Part shown: positions 38,824-51,442 of the stretch, piece after piece
Position numbering within the stretch: the stretch's first letter is position 1
Layout of the letters: each line of letters opens with the position of its first letter
NCBI GenBank assembly: GCA_964016885.1
Contig: OZ024743.1
Span: 110,732,001-110,796,000 of the forward strand
Source: Eledone cirrhosa
Taxonomy: Eukaryota
Reading direction: 5' to 3'
Length of the DNA: 64,000 bases
Position numbers and translations under genes: made by a program
Notes under the pieces: model-generated
What the model was told of the DNA's origin: nothing
Database searches by the model: none
Seen by the model: the letters and a program-made list of their open reading frames with translations, nothing else

Positions 38824-39399
38824 GTTCTTAGCTCTAAAATGTGCTGGTGTTTCCAGATTCGTCTGTGCAATTCAAATCTAAGAATTTTGTGTTTTTTTGA
38901 CAAAGTCATGCTCTCTACAACACAGTCCAATATAATTATACGCGGAAGTACAAATGAACTCTAGATATCCTGCAGGTTCACACCCGCCCGCATAATGTAA
39001 GTGACTGTGCACGCGTATATACGCATGTGAATCCACATACGTGGAGGTAGATACATGGAGGAAATGAAGAAAGCAACAGTTGGCCTTTGACTCAATAGCT
39101 TCAAACTTTTTAGTGAAATAGCCTACCTATAGCAACACCCACTCTCATGTCCACTGCTAGAATGTTTATGCCTCATGCTGCCATAGGTCGAGATGTAAAC
39201 CCCTCTTCCATGTCAGACATATAAACACAACATTTACTTTGTTTTAACATTTCAATTTCCTCTCTGGCGAAAGGTTATTGAATAATCTTTAAATGACGAG
39301 CTTTCTGTACTTTCAAAATGTGCATAACATAACGATGTAATGAAATAGAATGATGTTCATTAAGTGATTCCGTCTCACTTGCAGTTCTTAATATGCATG

Positions 39400-39870
39400 A
39401 ATATATGCATGTATGTTTGTATGTATGTATGCACGTATGTATGCATGTATGTATGTATGTATGTATGTATGTATGTATGTATGTATGCTTCACGGCACAT
39501 GCATTGCTTTATATCTGGAGATCTCTCTGCACTTGACATCACATGGTACCATGGGCCCAGCACTATGTGTCAGTAATTGTCACAAATGTAGTGTCTGTAC
39601 CAGAGTTCAGTGCATCGGTAGGGGTTCTCCTACATGAATATAAGGTAGTGGCCGTACTCGAAAACTGGTTGGCAGCCACCATGTAAGTATGTATGCATGT
39701 ATGTATGAATGTATGAATGTATTCATATATGTATGTATGACAACGGCCATCAACATACTACATTTCTTTTCTTTTGTTACTAACCTGGGAGTGGAATGCT
39801 CCCAGTTGTTGTCATAGCACATTTCTAGGAGAGGGAAACTCTGGAAAAAAGACATGCGGCTTCGGAAGCA
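39400..39870 (-). mobile_element. Two probable retroposon 3' ends with (CATA)n tails
   Basis: Two relatively GC-rich segments (~39490-39685, ~39740-39870) each end on the minus strand in CATA repeats; family not recognised. Confidence 0.35.
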
Positions 39871-40191
39871 TCCGATGAGGACGACCAGTTCTCTTTTTCG
39901 TGTAGTGTTTTAGATGCTCAGAGATTGGGATTGCTCGAGTTGAAGGCTTTTTCCCACTTAAAAAACTGTCACAGTACAGTTATTTCTACAGTACTTGTGG
40001 CTGGCCGTAGCCTCATCGTGCCCCATTTTCTGTAATCCGACAAGCGATTGCAATACACTTATCAGAGTTTGAAACCATCCTGTATGTAGGTATTTTATAT
40101 TTTTACTTATCAAATGTATTATGACTAATTGAATTGTCAAAGAATATCGCAGCTCCAATGTTGAAGGTATGGAAGTCCATAGTGTCATAAC

Positions 40192-40295
40192 TGTTTCTAC
40201 TTTAGGCACAAGGCCAGCAATTACCCAGTGCATTACTGATACTTTATTTTATCGACCCCGTAAGGATGAAAGGCAAAGTCAATCTCGGCGGGATT
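40192..40295 (-). mobile_element. SINE (octopus-type), 3' half
   Basis: TTTAGGCACAAGGCCAGCAA...TTTATTTTATCGACCCCGTAAGGATGAAAGGCAAAGT is the reverse complement of 57900-58010. Confidence 0.85.
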
Positions 40296-40394
40296 GTCAT
40301 AACGTCACGTATTTTGACTAATTTATTACAAATATATACACTTATCTCTCAATTCCTTTCTTACTCTCTTATATGTATGTGTGTAGCTGTCTGT

Positions 40395-40417
40395 CTATGT
40401 GTGTATATATGTGTGTA

Positions 40418-40487
<70 letters not shown>

Positions 40488-40490
40488 CAC

Positions 40491-40555
<65 letters not shown>
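40395..40555. repeat. (TA)n-(TG)n microsatellite
   Basis: Directly visible. Confidence 0.97.
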
Positions 40556-40557
<2 letters not shown>

Positions 40558-40999
40558 ATGGCTGCAACTCGATTTTGAGTAATTACATCGCTTGATATTT
40601 AAGCAGGAGGAGCATCACAGATGTGGCTTTATAGTCCTGCTAGGAACTTGCCTACGGCTAGCAATGCAATGCATCACAAAAAATGTCACATTCCTTATAA
40701 TAGTGTGTAAAAAAGTGTGAAACATTGTTGGTATAAGAGGAACACGCATTGATATACCTATTGCATCCGTATTCTTGTATGGCCATAAACGATAATTTTG
40801 ATTTCAACATATCTTCTTTCACTAATGTGTTCTATCGTCAATTGACTTTATCTCAATACTCTACTATTATTTATTTTATAAACCATGGATTATTGATACC
40901 AAAATTGTCTTCTCTTGTATTCAACCGTTCATCATATAACTTAACGTTTCGGCTATTACGTGTTTTACCTTGCTGAAAATATTATTTTCCAATTTAGAA

Positions 41000-41185
41000 A
41001 TGATGCCCCATAAATCCATTAGTTCGGTACTACGACCTAACATGTACTTTATTTCATCGAGCACGGAAGGATGAAAGGCAAATTTGAACTCTGTTGCTTT
41101 TACACTCAGAATGAAAAGAGTGGTTTTCAATTCCTGAAACGGCAATTTGCCCGACACTCAAATATTTCTGCCAATCGGCCGCTCT
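41000..41185 (-). mobile_element. SINE, degenerate
   Basis: GTACTTTATTTCATCGAGCACGGAAGGATGAAAGGCAAATTTGAACTC core. Confidence 0.7.
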
Positions 41186-44100
41186 ACTTAATTGAAATAT
41201 TTATATTTTATTTCTGCCTTGCTTCGCATATATGTATACAGAATGCATACTGATTCATATCAAGAGATTCAATACCCCACTCCCTGATTTGTTGTAGAGA
41301 TTTTATGCGTTGATGAAAATATAATTATCGTCCTCATCACATATACACTGATAAGAGATGAATGCAAAAAATAGAGCTGGAGTTGAGATTAGGACTCTGG
41401 ATATAAGCCTTCTGTCATATGGGTTAATTTAATCCACCGTTATATAATTCACACCATATCACACGTCATTGTCATTTGACAAGAAATTTCCAATTTTTCC
41501 CTAGTGAACACATATATGAAATACAAATAAAAGAAAATAAATATCATGACGATAAATAAGAAAATAAATATTTGCATGACTCAACGGATTAACGAATATA
41601 CGAATAGATAAATAGAAAGCTTAAGAAACAAATTTAACCGAGACACTAATTTTCTTATCATTTCAAATTACAATATATGTAATTGGCTATTGGCCAAAAC
41701 TAACCGGGAGCCTGTGGGCCATTTCGGGTGGGGGAATATAAATACGGAGTCCCAATATTTTGTTGTGTCACGTTACTGAACGTTTATCTGAAAGTTGGAC
41801 CTTTAAGTGAGTTTAGATGTAAATCATAGTTATCTACATACCTAATGTATATTTGATGAGAGCATATATTTTATAGATTTTCTCCATTCTAACGTTTTGA
41901 TCGCGTCTAATTTAGTATTTATTTATTCATCTATTTGGATAATTGTTTGTTTATTTAGTTAGATATATGTGGATAATGTAATGTTTAGTTCCTCTATCCT
42001 CTATCGTGCATGTACTTTTATTGATATTTTGTATGACGTGTTTTAAGCAATATATTGTATGATGCAATATATCGCATAATGCAATATATCTTTTAAACTG
42101 TATATTTTATTAAGATATGAAGGATGAAGCATCAGCTGAAACGACCCCGAAAAATCACAATGTAAGGGAGTTATTACTTAGAAATAAATGAAACTGGTCT
42201 ATGAAATGCATTGATAAACCTAAAGAGAAACAGCAACAAATTTATCCGTCTATACAAAATCAAATTATTCCTCATATACAGCGATAATTTTGCACCAAAC
42301 AATAAAGTTATCAAAGTCAGAAGTTTCTGACTATTCACGCAAACCGACGCTAATGGTCACTTAACCCATTCGATATAACATATAGTTCTCCCTCAAACTA
42401 CACATCATTCCCTTAGAATAGGAACAGGAATGTAGATAAAGAAATGCTAGATATCCACAAATACAGAATGATCCAAATGTAATTGATGAAGATGAGTAAC
42501 ACAATAAAACAGTTCTGACCGGGTGTCAGAACAAAAGCAACGAACTCTATACGCCGTATACAAAGCTGTAACAGCATTCAGAAATCGTAATGAAACGTAT
42601 TAAATTGGGAACGATAATGTATTACTGATAAGCAACAGTTTAAATGATTGTAGTTGGAACATAGATCAATTTGCTTACTCGACCAATGCTAGCATTGTCG
42701 TAAACAGAAAGCAAATCATGAATGACGATAGAACTACCATAATTGCAATACTAGGAACAGTCGAATTCCACCATATCACTATCTCCTATACTTCCCAATG
42801 TACTATGATGACCAGTAAATTTCTATTTAGAAATGAAATAAAATTTATATTCATATCATCATTATCAATAAAAAAAAATGTATCACCTGTATTCGCTCGA
42901 CCCCCGAGAAATAGTCGCTGTTTCTCCCGCATGCTATATACTGCAAATTTAAAAGATACAACATTGTGGATAATTTTCATTCTGGATATGGACAAAGAAA
43001 TGATAGTTATCCCAGGAATTTATCTTACCATAAGGCAACTTGATACACAAATTCACCAATCACAATAGTGGCATGCGAAATATGACTAGTATAACTACGC
43101 TATCTTAGACAACATACTTTAATACAAGGGTTTATGTACTATAAATCCTGAATATTCGAAAAAAGAAAACATGTTATCTGTTCGAATATATTTGATTAAA
43201 GGCTTAAACAAATGGAGCTGAACTGTGGTGGATTGTTGCAATATAAAAATAATGTTTTCTATAATGTATGTATCATTATTCTATCTCCAGGGGTACTATT
43301 GATAGTAGTTACATGTACATGACCCTTAGTGACTGTAGCCCTATATTCAATCAACAATATTTATATTTCCAGTAGCATACATTCTCTGCAACCAACTACT
43401 ATAACAAGCTGTATAATTGCCGCTATACAATAAAATCATCACTATTAACACCAACAGCAGTGAGGACATATAGTCGAGATGGACACTATCAATTTCACTG
43501 AACAATGCATTATCCGACTCACCAGTGCTTAATATACATCCGTCTGTATCATTCTAGATCTTCAGAAATGATTAAAACGAGCTGCTGAAGCTTTCAATTA
43601 TCTTCGGTAATTGAGTCGAAATGTTAAATCTAAACTTGCGGTGGATCAAAACCACTTGTAAACTGGATATCTCGTTTCGATCAAACCTGCCACTACCTCA
43701 GACTCTAGCACTGATAACAACCATGTTATAATCCAAAACTATGCTTATACTATTAAACGTTATTTTTTTCCTTTTCTTCTTTCTCTATCTGTACGATTTT
43801 ATGCATGAATCTCAGTGTGATGGATTTTCCTGTGAGATAGCCTTTGTCTTTCTAACGTATTTTGAGACCTGCATTGTTTTCCTTGTAAGGGGTTTACACA
43901 TACATAGGATATGTTATATATATATATACATTCACATACGCGGAAATACTTACGGCTATAGAAGACTGCGCGTAAGCATGCAGTCATTCACTCACTCTCT
44001 CTCTCTCCCACACAAACACGCGTACACATACACACACATATACACACACAGGTATATATATGCATGCATATATATCTGTACACTCACGCACACACGCGCA

Positions 44101-44768
44101 CATACACATACACATACACAGATATATATGCATTTGTGTGAGTGTGTGCGCGCGCGTTGTGTCTATGTATATTAGTAGCAAGAGATATGCACGTGTTAAT
44201 GTTTCAGTGTTTGGCTACATATGCGTGACGTTTGCATATATATAAGGAATACACATAATCACTGTTCGCTTGGAGCAAGTCAAGATAAAGGGATGTGAAC
44301 AGGAGATCAGTTACTCAATTGAAATTTACTATTGATATTAAGAAAATAAATTAGGATAAATGACAATGTGAAAATAATTTGCTGTGGGAAATCTAAAGAA
44401 GATTAACCATGACAGATTTAATGCCCCGTGCAGTGCGTGCTTTGATTGTGTTGCCTTTCGAAATAATTATTTTGATATTATTGTGAGGGATTAATTTAGG
44501 TAAATCTTCTACATACGGTGAATAAACAGTTTCATAGTTATCTATCTGATACTTTCCTTTTATGGTATTATAAAATTCTCATATTATCAAATTGTTCGCT
44601 TCTTTGCGGCAAAACTCTGGGAATGTTAATATAACTTCAGAAAAATTATTCTGTAAAGAGAAAGGATAATATATATACTGTTCAAACCACATTTTTGAAA
44701 ATACAGGGAATATATTAATTTTGCGCTCGACGAACGTGTGATGGAGTATGTCTTTAATTACTCTATAT

Positions 44769-45081
44769 CTGGCATGGCCAACCTTTTTCAAGAAGCGGGT
44801 CGCATTAGATATGGTTTCATCAGATAGGCCACAAGCGCTAATTTACATTCGTGTCCACCTTGAAAAAAACCGGTGGTAACTCAGGTTGTTTTGATTTGTT
44901 TCTTCAGAATTCGTACACGTTATTTTCCTCGATCGTAAAAATGATAGGAGGATAAATTACGACTGAATAGTTGGGGTAACCAAATCAGAAATATTTCATT
45001 TACTTAAGTGACTTAGGCGAGGCATTCAGAAAGCTTAGCGGGCTGCATGCGGCTCGGGGGGCCGCAGGTTGCCCCATACTG
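44769..45081. mobile_element. hAT (Buster/Charlie-type) MITE
   Basis: Perfect 8-bp TSD CTCTATAT (44761-44768, 45082-45089); degenerate TIRs CTGGCATGGCCAACC / GGTTGCCCCATACTG; GC-rich subterminal GCGGGC/GGCCGC motifs. Confidence 0.87.
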
Positions 45082-46299
45082 CTCTATATTATAGAAGTAT
45101 ATAAAGCTACCCATCAGAGTGTATCTAGTAGTCTACGCGCCTATCTACGGAAGACGAGATGGCTAAACGTACAGCTTTTCGTGTAGCATGACAACCTGCG
45201 CACCAGTTTATCGTTTTAGTGTAGATTTTACATTCTTTCGTTATTGAGGGATTATTTTCCGTTTGGGATCTGGAATCTGTGACCATGTTCAATATTTTGC
45301 GAAGTCTAGGTATTCAAACACACTCATTGTTGTAATATACGACTGATTCAGTGTGTCATTCCAGCGTCTCTGCAGACACAGATGAACATTTTCATCAGGG
45401 TCGGTAGTTTCGTTGGATGTCAGCATATATCTGATAAATTGCGTTAATAATTGATAAGAAGATGTAAGATAAAACTATAATTGTTAAGATGGCACTGCTT
45501 CTTAAGTCTTATTCATCGTCGAATAATAAATAACCTGTTTTTCATTTCACTCATTTTTAACTTCCCCTTTTTGGAAGTACCTATTGCAATCCATCCCATA
45601 CCAAACACCATGACTAAGACGTCAAGAGTTGAAAGTATTATGGCTTTTGTTGTCGTATTTATTGTAAATATTAATATTTTCAATATTATTCTTTCTGGGT
45701 CGACAAAATTGTACACAAGTCAAACTTTGAAAAGGGTATTATATTTACCCCAAGAAAGGTGACATCATAACATGGAGGATTATAACCAACATATTTGTAA
45801 TCTTAATCACAACTTACCCCCAAAATTTAATAAACTGGAATCGCCATACACTTCCAAATCGACGAGTCAGTGCAGCGAATACATTTTGTGAGAGAAAAGA
45901 TGTTACGACAACACTTCAGACTTGAGTCTAAAGAAACACAAAAAGCCCCCTACAACACTTCCGACACTACCAAAACTACCACTGTAACTACTACCACTGA
46001 AGACATCACAAAGAACAAAACACTCGGCAACATCAATTGAAGCAAAAGCAATACCACCATTGTTAAAGACATGGATTGTCGAACATTCAATAGCGATGCG
46101 GTGTGAAATTTAAATGGGGCTGCCTCCAAAATGGCACAGACACTTCTGTCCAAGACGATTTAAGGGAAACCACGCTGGTGATTAAGACGTTCCTAGAAAT
46201 GTCTCTTGTAAGTAAAGTTACAATAGGTTGTCAATATCAAAAACATTAACTACACAGACCAACATATTTAGCGCGCAAAACGTACAGACAACGGATTAA

Positions 46300-47400
46300 T
46301 TTATTAAGTGTGAAGAAAGCTATCGTCAACAACAGTGTGTTTCGCCTTGGAAGGGATGATTAGAGTCGAATCGATAAGGTTTAGGATGGAGTATTGATAC
46401 AGAAATATAGACTAGAGATATTACTAGTTAGAAAGCGAGAAGAAGATTTGGGAAAGGGAAATCAACTGACATGTTTGTGGTGATTTTGACCATCAACCAA
46501 TTCTTCAACGCGAAGCATAACGGAAGGCCTGTCAGAGTTAGGGAAAGCCGTCGCAACAAATCAACAAATCGGTTTTTGGTAGAACAGGACGGTTACATGT
46601 TACTCCATTCCAAACAGGTATGTGTGGCTTTCCAGCGACAGTTCCCTCAAGTGTTCAAATGTAATAACGGGCTGGATTGAGGGGTGGACTTCATAGGATT
46701 AGTGGGGAGGCTATCTTTGTTGACAAAAATCAATTAGCCAATCTTTTACGTGGTACCTTCTGTCTAGAGCCCATGGACAACTCACAGAAAACCCTGGCCT
46801 GGCAGTGCTAGCGAGGAACTTTGCCAGTTTGATATAGAATCTACAAGCATAGAAGTGCCTTCAGTCGGGCCTATCCCAGGTGCACGCAGGGCGACAAAAC
46901 AATATTTCACACAGTTGTCGAGGGTCTTTGTTTTGCTGACCAGTGGATTTATATTGAACACATGCTGTCACGAGTAGGATGTATACGGCTAACAATTTAG
47001 TGCATTGTGAGTATCGCTGCACCGTCTTCCTTTAGAGTAGGACAGGCAGTTTATATGTACCTAGTGGCTATGGCAAAATAGGTCGTTTGCTGGAAGACCT
47101 GATTACTTTTTGAAGACCTGATTACTTTTTCAGGTTTCCCTTGAAGAGGAAAATCAGGGTAGAGAGGGAAGTGCTTCCTTCCAACCAGTTTGGTGAAAGG
47201 TGGGTGAGTGTGGCCACCAGGATCAATTTTAATAGGCCTGCCCTGAGTATACATCAGTAGATTAGTATAGAAAACGTGGGAGAGGTTACTTTACCCTTGC
47301 TGACAGTGTGCTCATGGCTTTTGACAGATTTCGCCAAGTGTAATTCTTGGAGTTTCATAAAATTTGAGAAATTTGTTGTTTGTTTTATATGTTAATTTTC
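46300..47400 (-). mobile_element. Possible 5' region (Cys-rich ORF1) of a degenerate LINE
   Basis: Raised GC and scattered Cys/His-rich translations on the minus strand; no diagnostic motif recovered. Confidence 0.3.
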
Positions 47401-47539
47401 TTAATTTTCTTAGTCTGCGTTATATATTTTATTTTAAACAAAAACACATACACTGTCTCGCCATGTCCCGTCATTTATGTCTCCTTAATGTGAGCCCTGT
47501 GTGAGTAATAAAAGAATGTTGGTGCTGGTGTTTGTGGTA

Positions 47540-47540
47540 A

Positions 47541-47603
<63 letters not shown>

Positions 47604-47615
47604 CAGCAGCAGCAA
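47540..47615. repeat. (TAG)n-(CAG)n microsatellite
   Basis: Directly visible. Confidence 0.97.
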
Positions 47616-47917
47616 CAGCATTATAAATATGCTTAAAAAGCCTTGTCTATGCTTTTACATAAATATTTCGTTTTATGATTTTAACCTATCATTTATTTAA
47701 TAATTTATTACTCCAGCACGTGTGTTTCTGTGGCTGCTTATTCATCACCTTATTTTTTTTTCCTTTCAGTTGTAAATGTTGTTATTATTCTTGGCATACG
47801 TATGATCCTTCGCACCTAAAGTTATTGTTTAATCTGATGACATTTCTTATTAAATTTAAACACTATAAAACAAACTAATTAAGGGGTATCTTCATCATCG
47901 CAGCCATTATCATATTC

Positions 47918-47986
47918 TCTTCTTCTTCTTCTTCTTCTTCTTCTTCTTCTTCTTCTTCTTCTTCTTCTTCTTCTTCTTCTTCTTCT

Positions 47987-48021
<35 letters not shown>

Positions 48022-48098
48022 TTCTTCTTATTCTTCTTCTTCTTCTTCTTCTTCTTCTTCTTCTTCTTCTTCTTCTTCTTCTTCTTCTTCTTCTTCTT
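47918..48098. repeat. (TTC)n microsatellite
   Basis: Directly visible; explains the poly-Arg ORF. Confidence 0.98.
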
Positions 48099-48556
48099 CC
48101 CATTATTTACTTCGCTGTCATTATTATTACCATTATTAGTGTATAATCATAATCACCTAAACAACACCAACCATATTATCGCCATCAATGTCTTCATTAT
48201 CAGTACCACGAACGCTATCATCACTTTATTATGTATCATCATCTCCATCATCATTATCCCCTTTATCGTTATCGCTGTGGATATTATCCCAGTTATGTAT
48301 GTTTTCTCCTTCTCATTTGCACGAACTGCAGAATAATTTTGTTTTGTTCTTTTTTCTATATTAATTTTCTTGATGCTATTTAGGTAATATTTGAATATTT
48401 CTATCTTATACTTATAATTGATTCTGATGGTGTTTAAGATTATAAAATGGTAAACGAAATTAATTAGGAAAATCAATCGTGGTTTATGAAAGTTAGAATG
48501 AATTAAAAAATCCGTATGTGTACTAAGAATTCATATACATATACATATATATATAA

Positions 48557-48808
48557 GGCGCATGGCTTAGTGGTTAAAGCATTGGGCTTGCAATTGAAAG
48601 GTTGTGAGTTCAATTCTCTGACCGGGTGATGTGTTGTTTCCTTGAGTATGACACTTTAATTCATATTGCTCCAGTTTACTCAGCTGTAGAAATGAGTACT
48701 GGCCTGCCCGCCCTGCCGGTGGGATGGCATTATCTTATGGCTAAAACAGCACGATGTGCTGTGACCAGCGACGCCGATTGGCGCCCAACAGACTGGTCGG
48801 TCAAGGTG
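48557..48808 (+). mobile_element. tRNA-derived SINE (CORE-like body)
   Basis: A box TGGCTTAGTGG (48563-48573), B box GTTCAATTC (48608-48616), then TGTGTTGTTTCCTTGAGTATGACACTTTA and CTGTAGAAATGAGTAC; between (TA)n tracts. Confidence 0.8.
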
Positions 48809-48826
48809 ATATATATATATATATAT

Positions 48827-48915
48827 AAGCAAAGGGATATTTAATCTGTTGGTAATTCAACAAATATATTTATAACAGAATCGAAGCACTCGACTGATGT
48901 TCTGTAGTATAATTC
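48827..48915 (-). mobile_element. Terminal fragment paralogous to 28291-28383
   Basis: AAGCAAAGGGATATTTAAT(A/C)TGTTGGTAATTCAA...CGAAGCACTC shared. Confidence 0.85.
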
Positions 48916-48959
<44 letters not shown>

Positions 48960-50063
48960 GATATGTTATATCTATACTCTAATATATTATCATGTATATA
49001 TATACACACACGCATGTGTGTGTGTATATATATACATATGTGGTTATGTGTCTTTCTCTGTGTGTGTGTGCAACAATCTAAGTTTAAACATTAAACAAGT
49101 AATACAGATACAAATATCGTATATTGTTGCTTATTACCAGTTATAATTGATATGCAATATTAAAGTTGAATGTACAATTTCTTTTCCGATGCAAAACTTT
49201 CGTTAACAATTTCATTTAAATATAATAAAATATAATAATCAATAGAAATGTACTAATCAATACAATAGTTCTGTATTTATTATTACAATTCCTATCTCAT
49301 TATTAAAGCACGCAAATATTTTCTTGATATCCTAACATTACATAATGTTAGTACGCCAATTTTATTTCAGATAGGATTGAAATTATGATGATTAAGCATG
49401 AATAAGATAATTATTAGCAAATACAAAAACAAACAATGTTTTTGCATTATTTTTCATGTTACATTATGTGGATACACCTAATTATTATTGTCCAGACTGT
49501 AAAATACTTACTTCATAAATAAAATGAAAAATGTATATGATAATAAATATTTATAGTATCTCAGATATCCAGCGGCTGACAATATATGAACGATTCCTTC
49601 TAAACCTAGTTGGTTGTTATTTAATTAACTACTCAGATTACAAAACAGAACCAGAATGCAGATGCAATACATAATTAATGTATATTTTATTTATATGTTC
49701 TCTTCACGTATTCATTGGAATTCGAAGAAAAGTGATTCAAGTTTGTTACACTTCTAATGGATTAATAATATGATGTTGTAGTGCGCTATATGGAAAGAAA
49801 TAACAACAGTGAAAACAATAATTTATTTTGCGCCCAAATATTATTTTGTCAACACATGCCGTTAATAAATGTTAACACTGATGGCTTTGGATTTAATTTA
49901 ATGGATAATTAATGACAACTGAAATATTATTTCAGTATTTTGTTAAAACTCACTCTTCAATTCTACAAAGCTTTATGACATTTTGAAAACATGTTCATAA
50001 TAACAAAATTAAGTGCTCTTCATTCAAGAAAGAAATTAGAATGACAAACGGGAGAGTGTCACC

Positions 50064-50798
50064 TGTCAGCCCTGCACCGTCGGCGGTATATATTTATCTC
50101 CTGTTTGTGTTCCCTTACCTTTCTAACACTCGTTATCGGTAACCATGCAGCCTCGTCCCTCTCAATCCATATTTATTTATTATTGCTGTGATCTCCGCTC
50201 CATTCTCTCTATCGATCTCGTTTATTTTTGTTATTCTTGGTCAAACCTATGTCTTACCACTTTTTTGGATTAACTATTTCCCCCTCCTACCTTTCTCTCA
50301 ATTGTTATCTCTCCCCCTCACCCATCCCCTCTCACTTTCGCCGCCGCACTTTTTTCTATACTCCTCACTTCCGTTTCTATCTCACTCTCTCCCCCCTCTC
50401 TCTTGTTACGCCGAGAATAGACATTTCATCTCAGCTCTCTCGCTGTTAATAAAGCCTTTGGTCTTAAACACAATTGCCTTTTTTTAAAGATCATCCTCTC
50501 TTCCCTCGATTAAGTACATACATGTAACATTGTCCTGTTTCCCACTTCTATCGATATATATTTTCCTCTTTTTTTCTTTCGCCACTTTTTCGTCTTTTCT
50601 TTCCCTCATAACTTGTTGATAATATGTCATGGGCACACTAGAGATATATGTATTCTCTGTAATGAGCTGAAACATCCGAGACCCGTAGTAGCCAACTGAT
50701 CAAGGGAAAATATATATCTTTTGTTTGTGTTCCCTTATCTTTCTAGCACTCGTTATCAGTAACCACGCAGCTTTGTCCCTCTCAATCCATATTTATTT
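50064..50798 (+). mobile_element. LTR-like or tandem element with ~90-bp direct repeats (50087-50178, 50711-50798)
   Basis: GTTTGTGTTCCCTTA...GTCCCTCTCAATCCATATTTATTT repeated at 619-bp spacing; TG start at 50064, AATAAA at ~50448, CA at ~50471. Confidence 0.55.
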
Positions 50799-50861
50799 GT
50801 GTATATATATATATAACCACCAATTTCATCGTATCACGATTACACCTTCTCTATCATTAAT

Positions 50862-51043
50862 TCGCAGTATCGGTAGAGGGTCGGATGCCATACTTTGCAA
50901 CAAAGAGTTACGGTCCTTTATGGTCTGAGTTCAAATCCCACCGAGGTTAACTGTGCCTTTCGTCCTTACGGGGTCGATAAAATAAAGTACCAGTAATACA
51001 CTGAGATTATTGCTGGCCTTGTGCCAAAAGTAGACACAATTAT
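50862..51043 (+). mobile_element. SINE (octopus-type), near full length
   Basis: tRNA-like head with GAGTTCAAATCC B box, core GCCTTTCGTCCTTACGGGGTCGATAAAATAAAGTACCAG, tail TGCTGGCCTTGTGCC; close paralog at 57832-58012. Confidence 0.88.
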
Positions 51044-51174
51044 TACATCCTTCATCTAAGCCATGTCTTCCTTATATATACTGTGTCTGTAAACGTTAGT
51101 ATTTCTCTGGAACCAGGTGATAAACCTGCGGAACTCCAGGGTAACAGTACTCAATTATACTCTTAATAAAGATG

Positions 51175-51211
<37 letters not shown>

Positions 51212-51224
51212 ATATATATATATA

Positions 51225-51441
51225 TAACGAAGGAATTGTGGTATGGAACCAGATGGACCATAACACACCAGAGTACTCGATACCTTTGGTAGTAGAATGG
51301 GTAATATGAAAAGCGTCAAGACCTCGACGGGCCGTCGGGCTCTTGACAATTTTCCTATTACCCACTCTACTAACCAAAATATCAAGTACTCTGGTGCGTT
51401 ATGGTCCACCTGGTTGCTTAACACACTTCCTTCTTTATATA
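51225..51441. mobile_element. ~215-bp spacerless fold-back of a PLE terminus in (TA)n
   Basis: Arms pair to the apex CGACGG g CCGTCG; the left arm is homologous to 36032-36130 (GGAACCA.ATGGACCATAAC...GGTAGTAGA.TGGGTAATA). Confidence 0.85.
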
Positions 51442-51442
51442 T

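Noticed and set aside
42500-43740. Possible decayed protocadherin or receptor exon (minus CNNPPQFS)
   Set aside because: Single partial motif, no other cadherin signatures, many stops.
48557-48625. tRNA gene
   Set aside because: A/B boxes present but no full cloverleaf, and the sequence continues into a SINE body.
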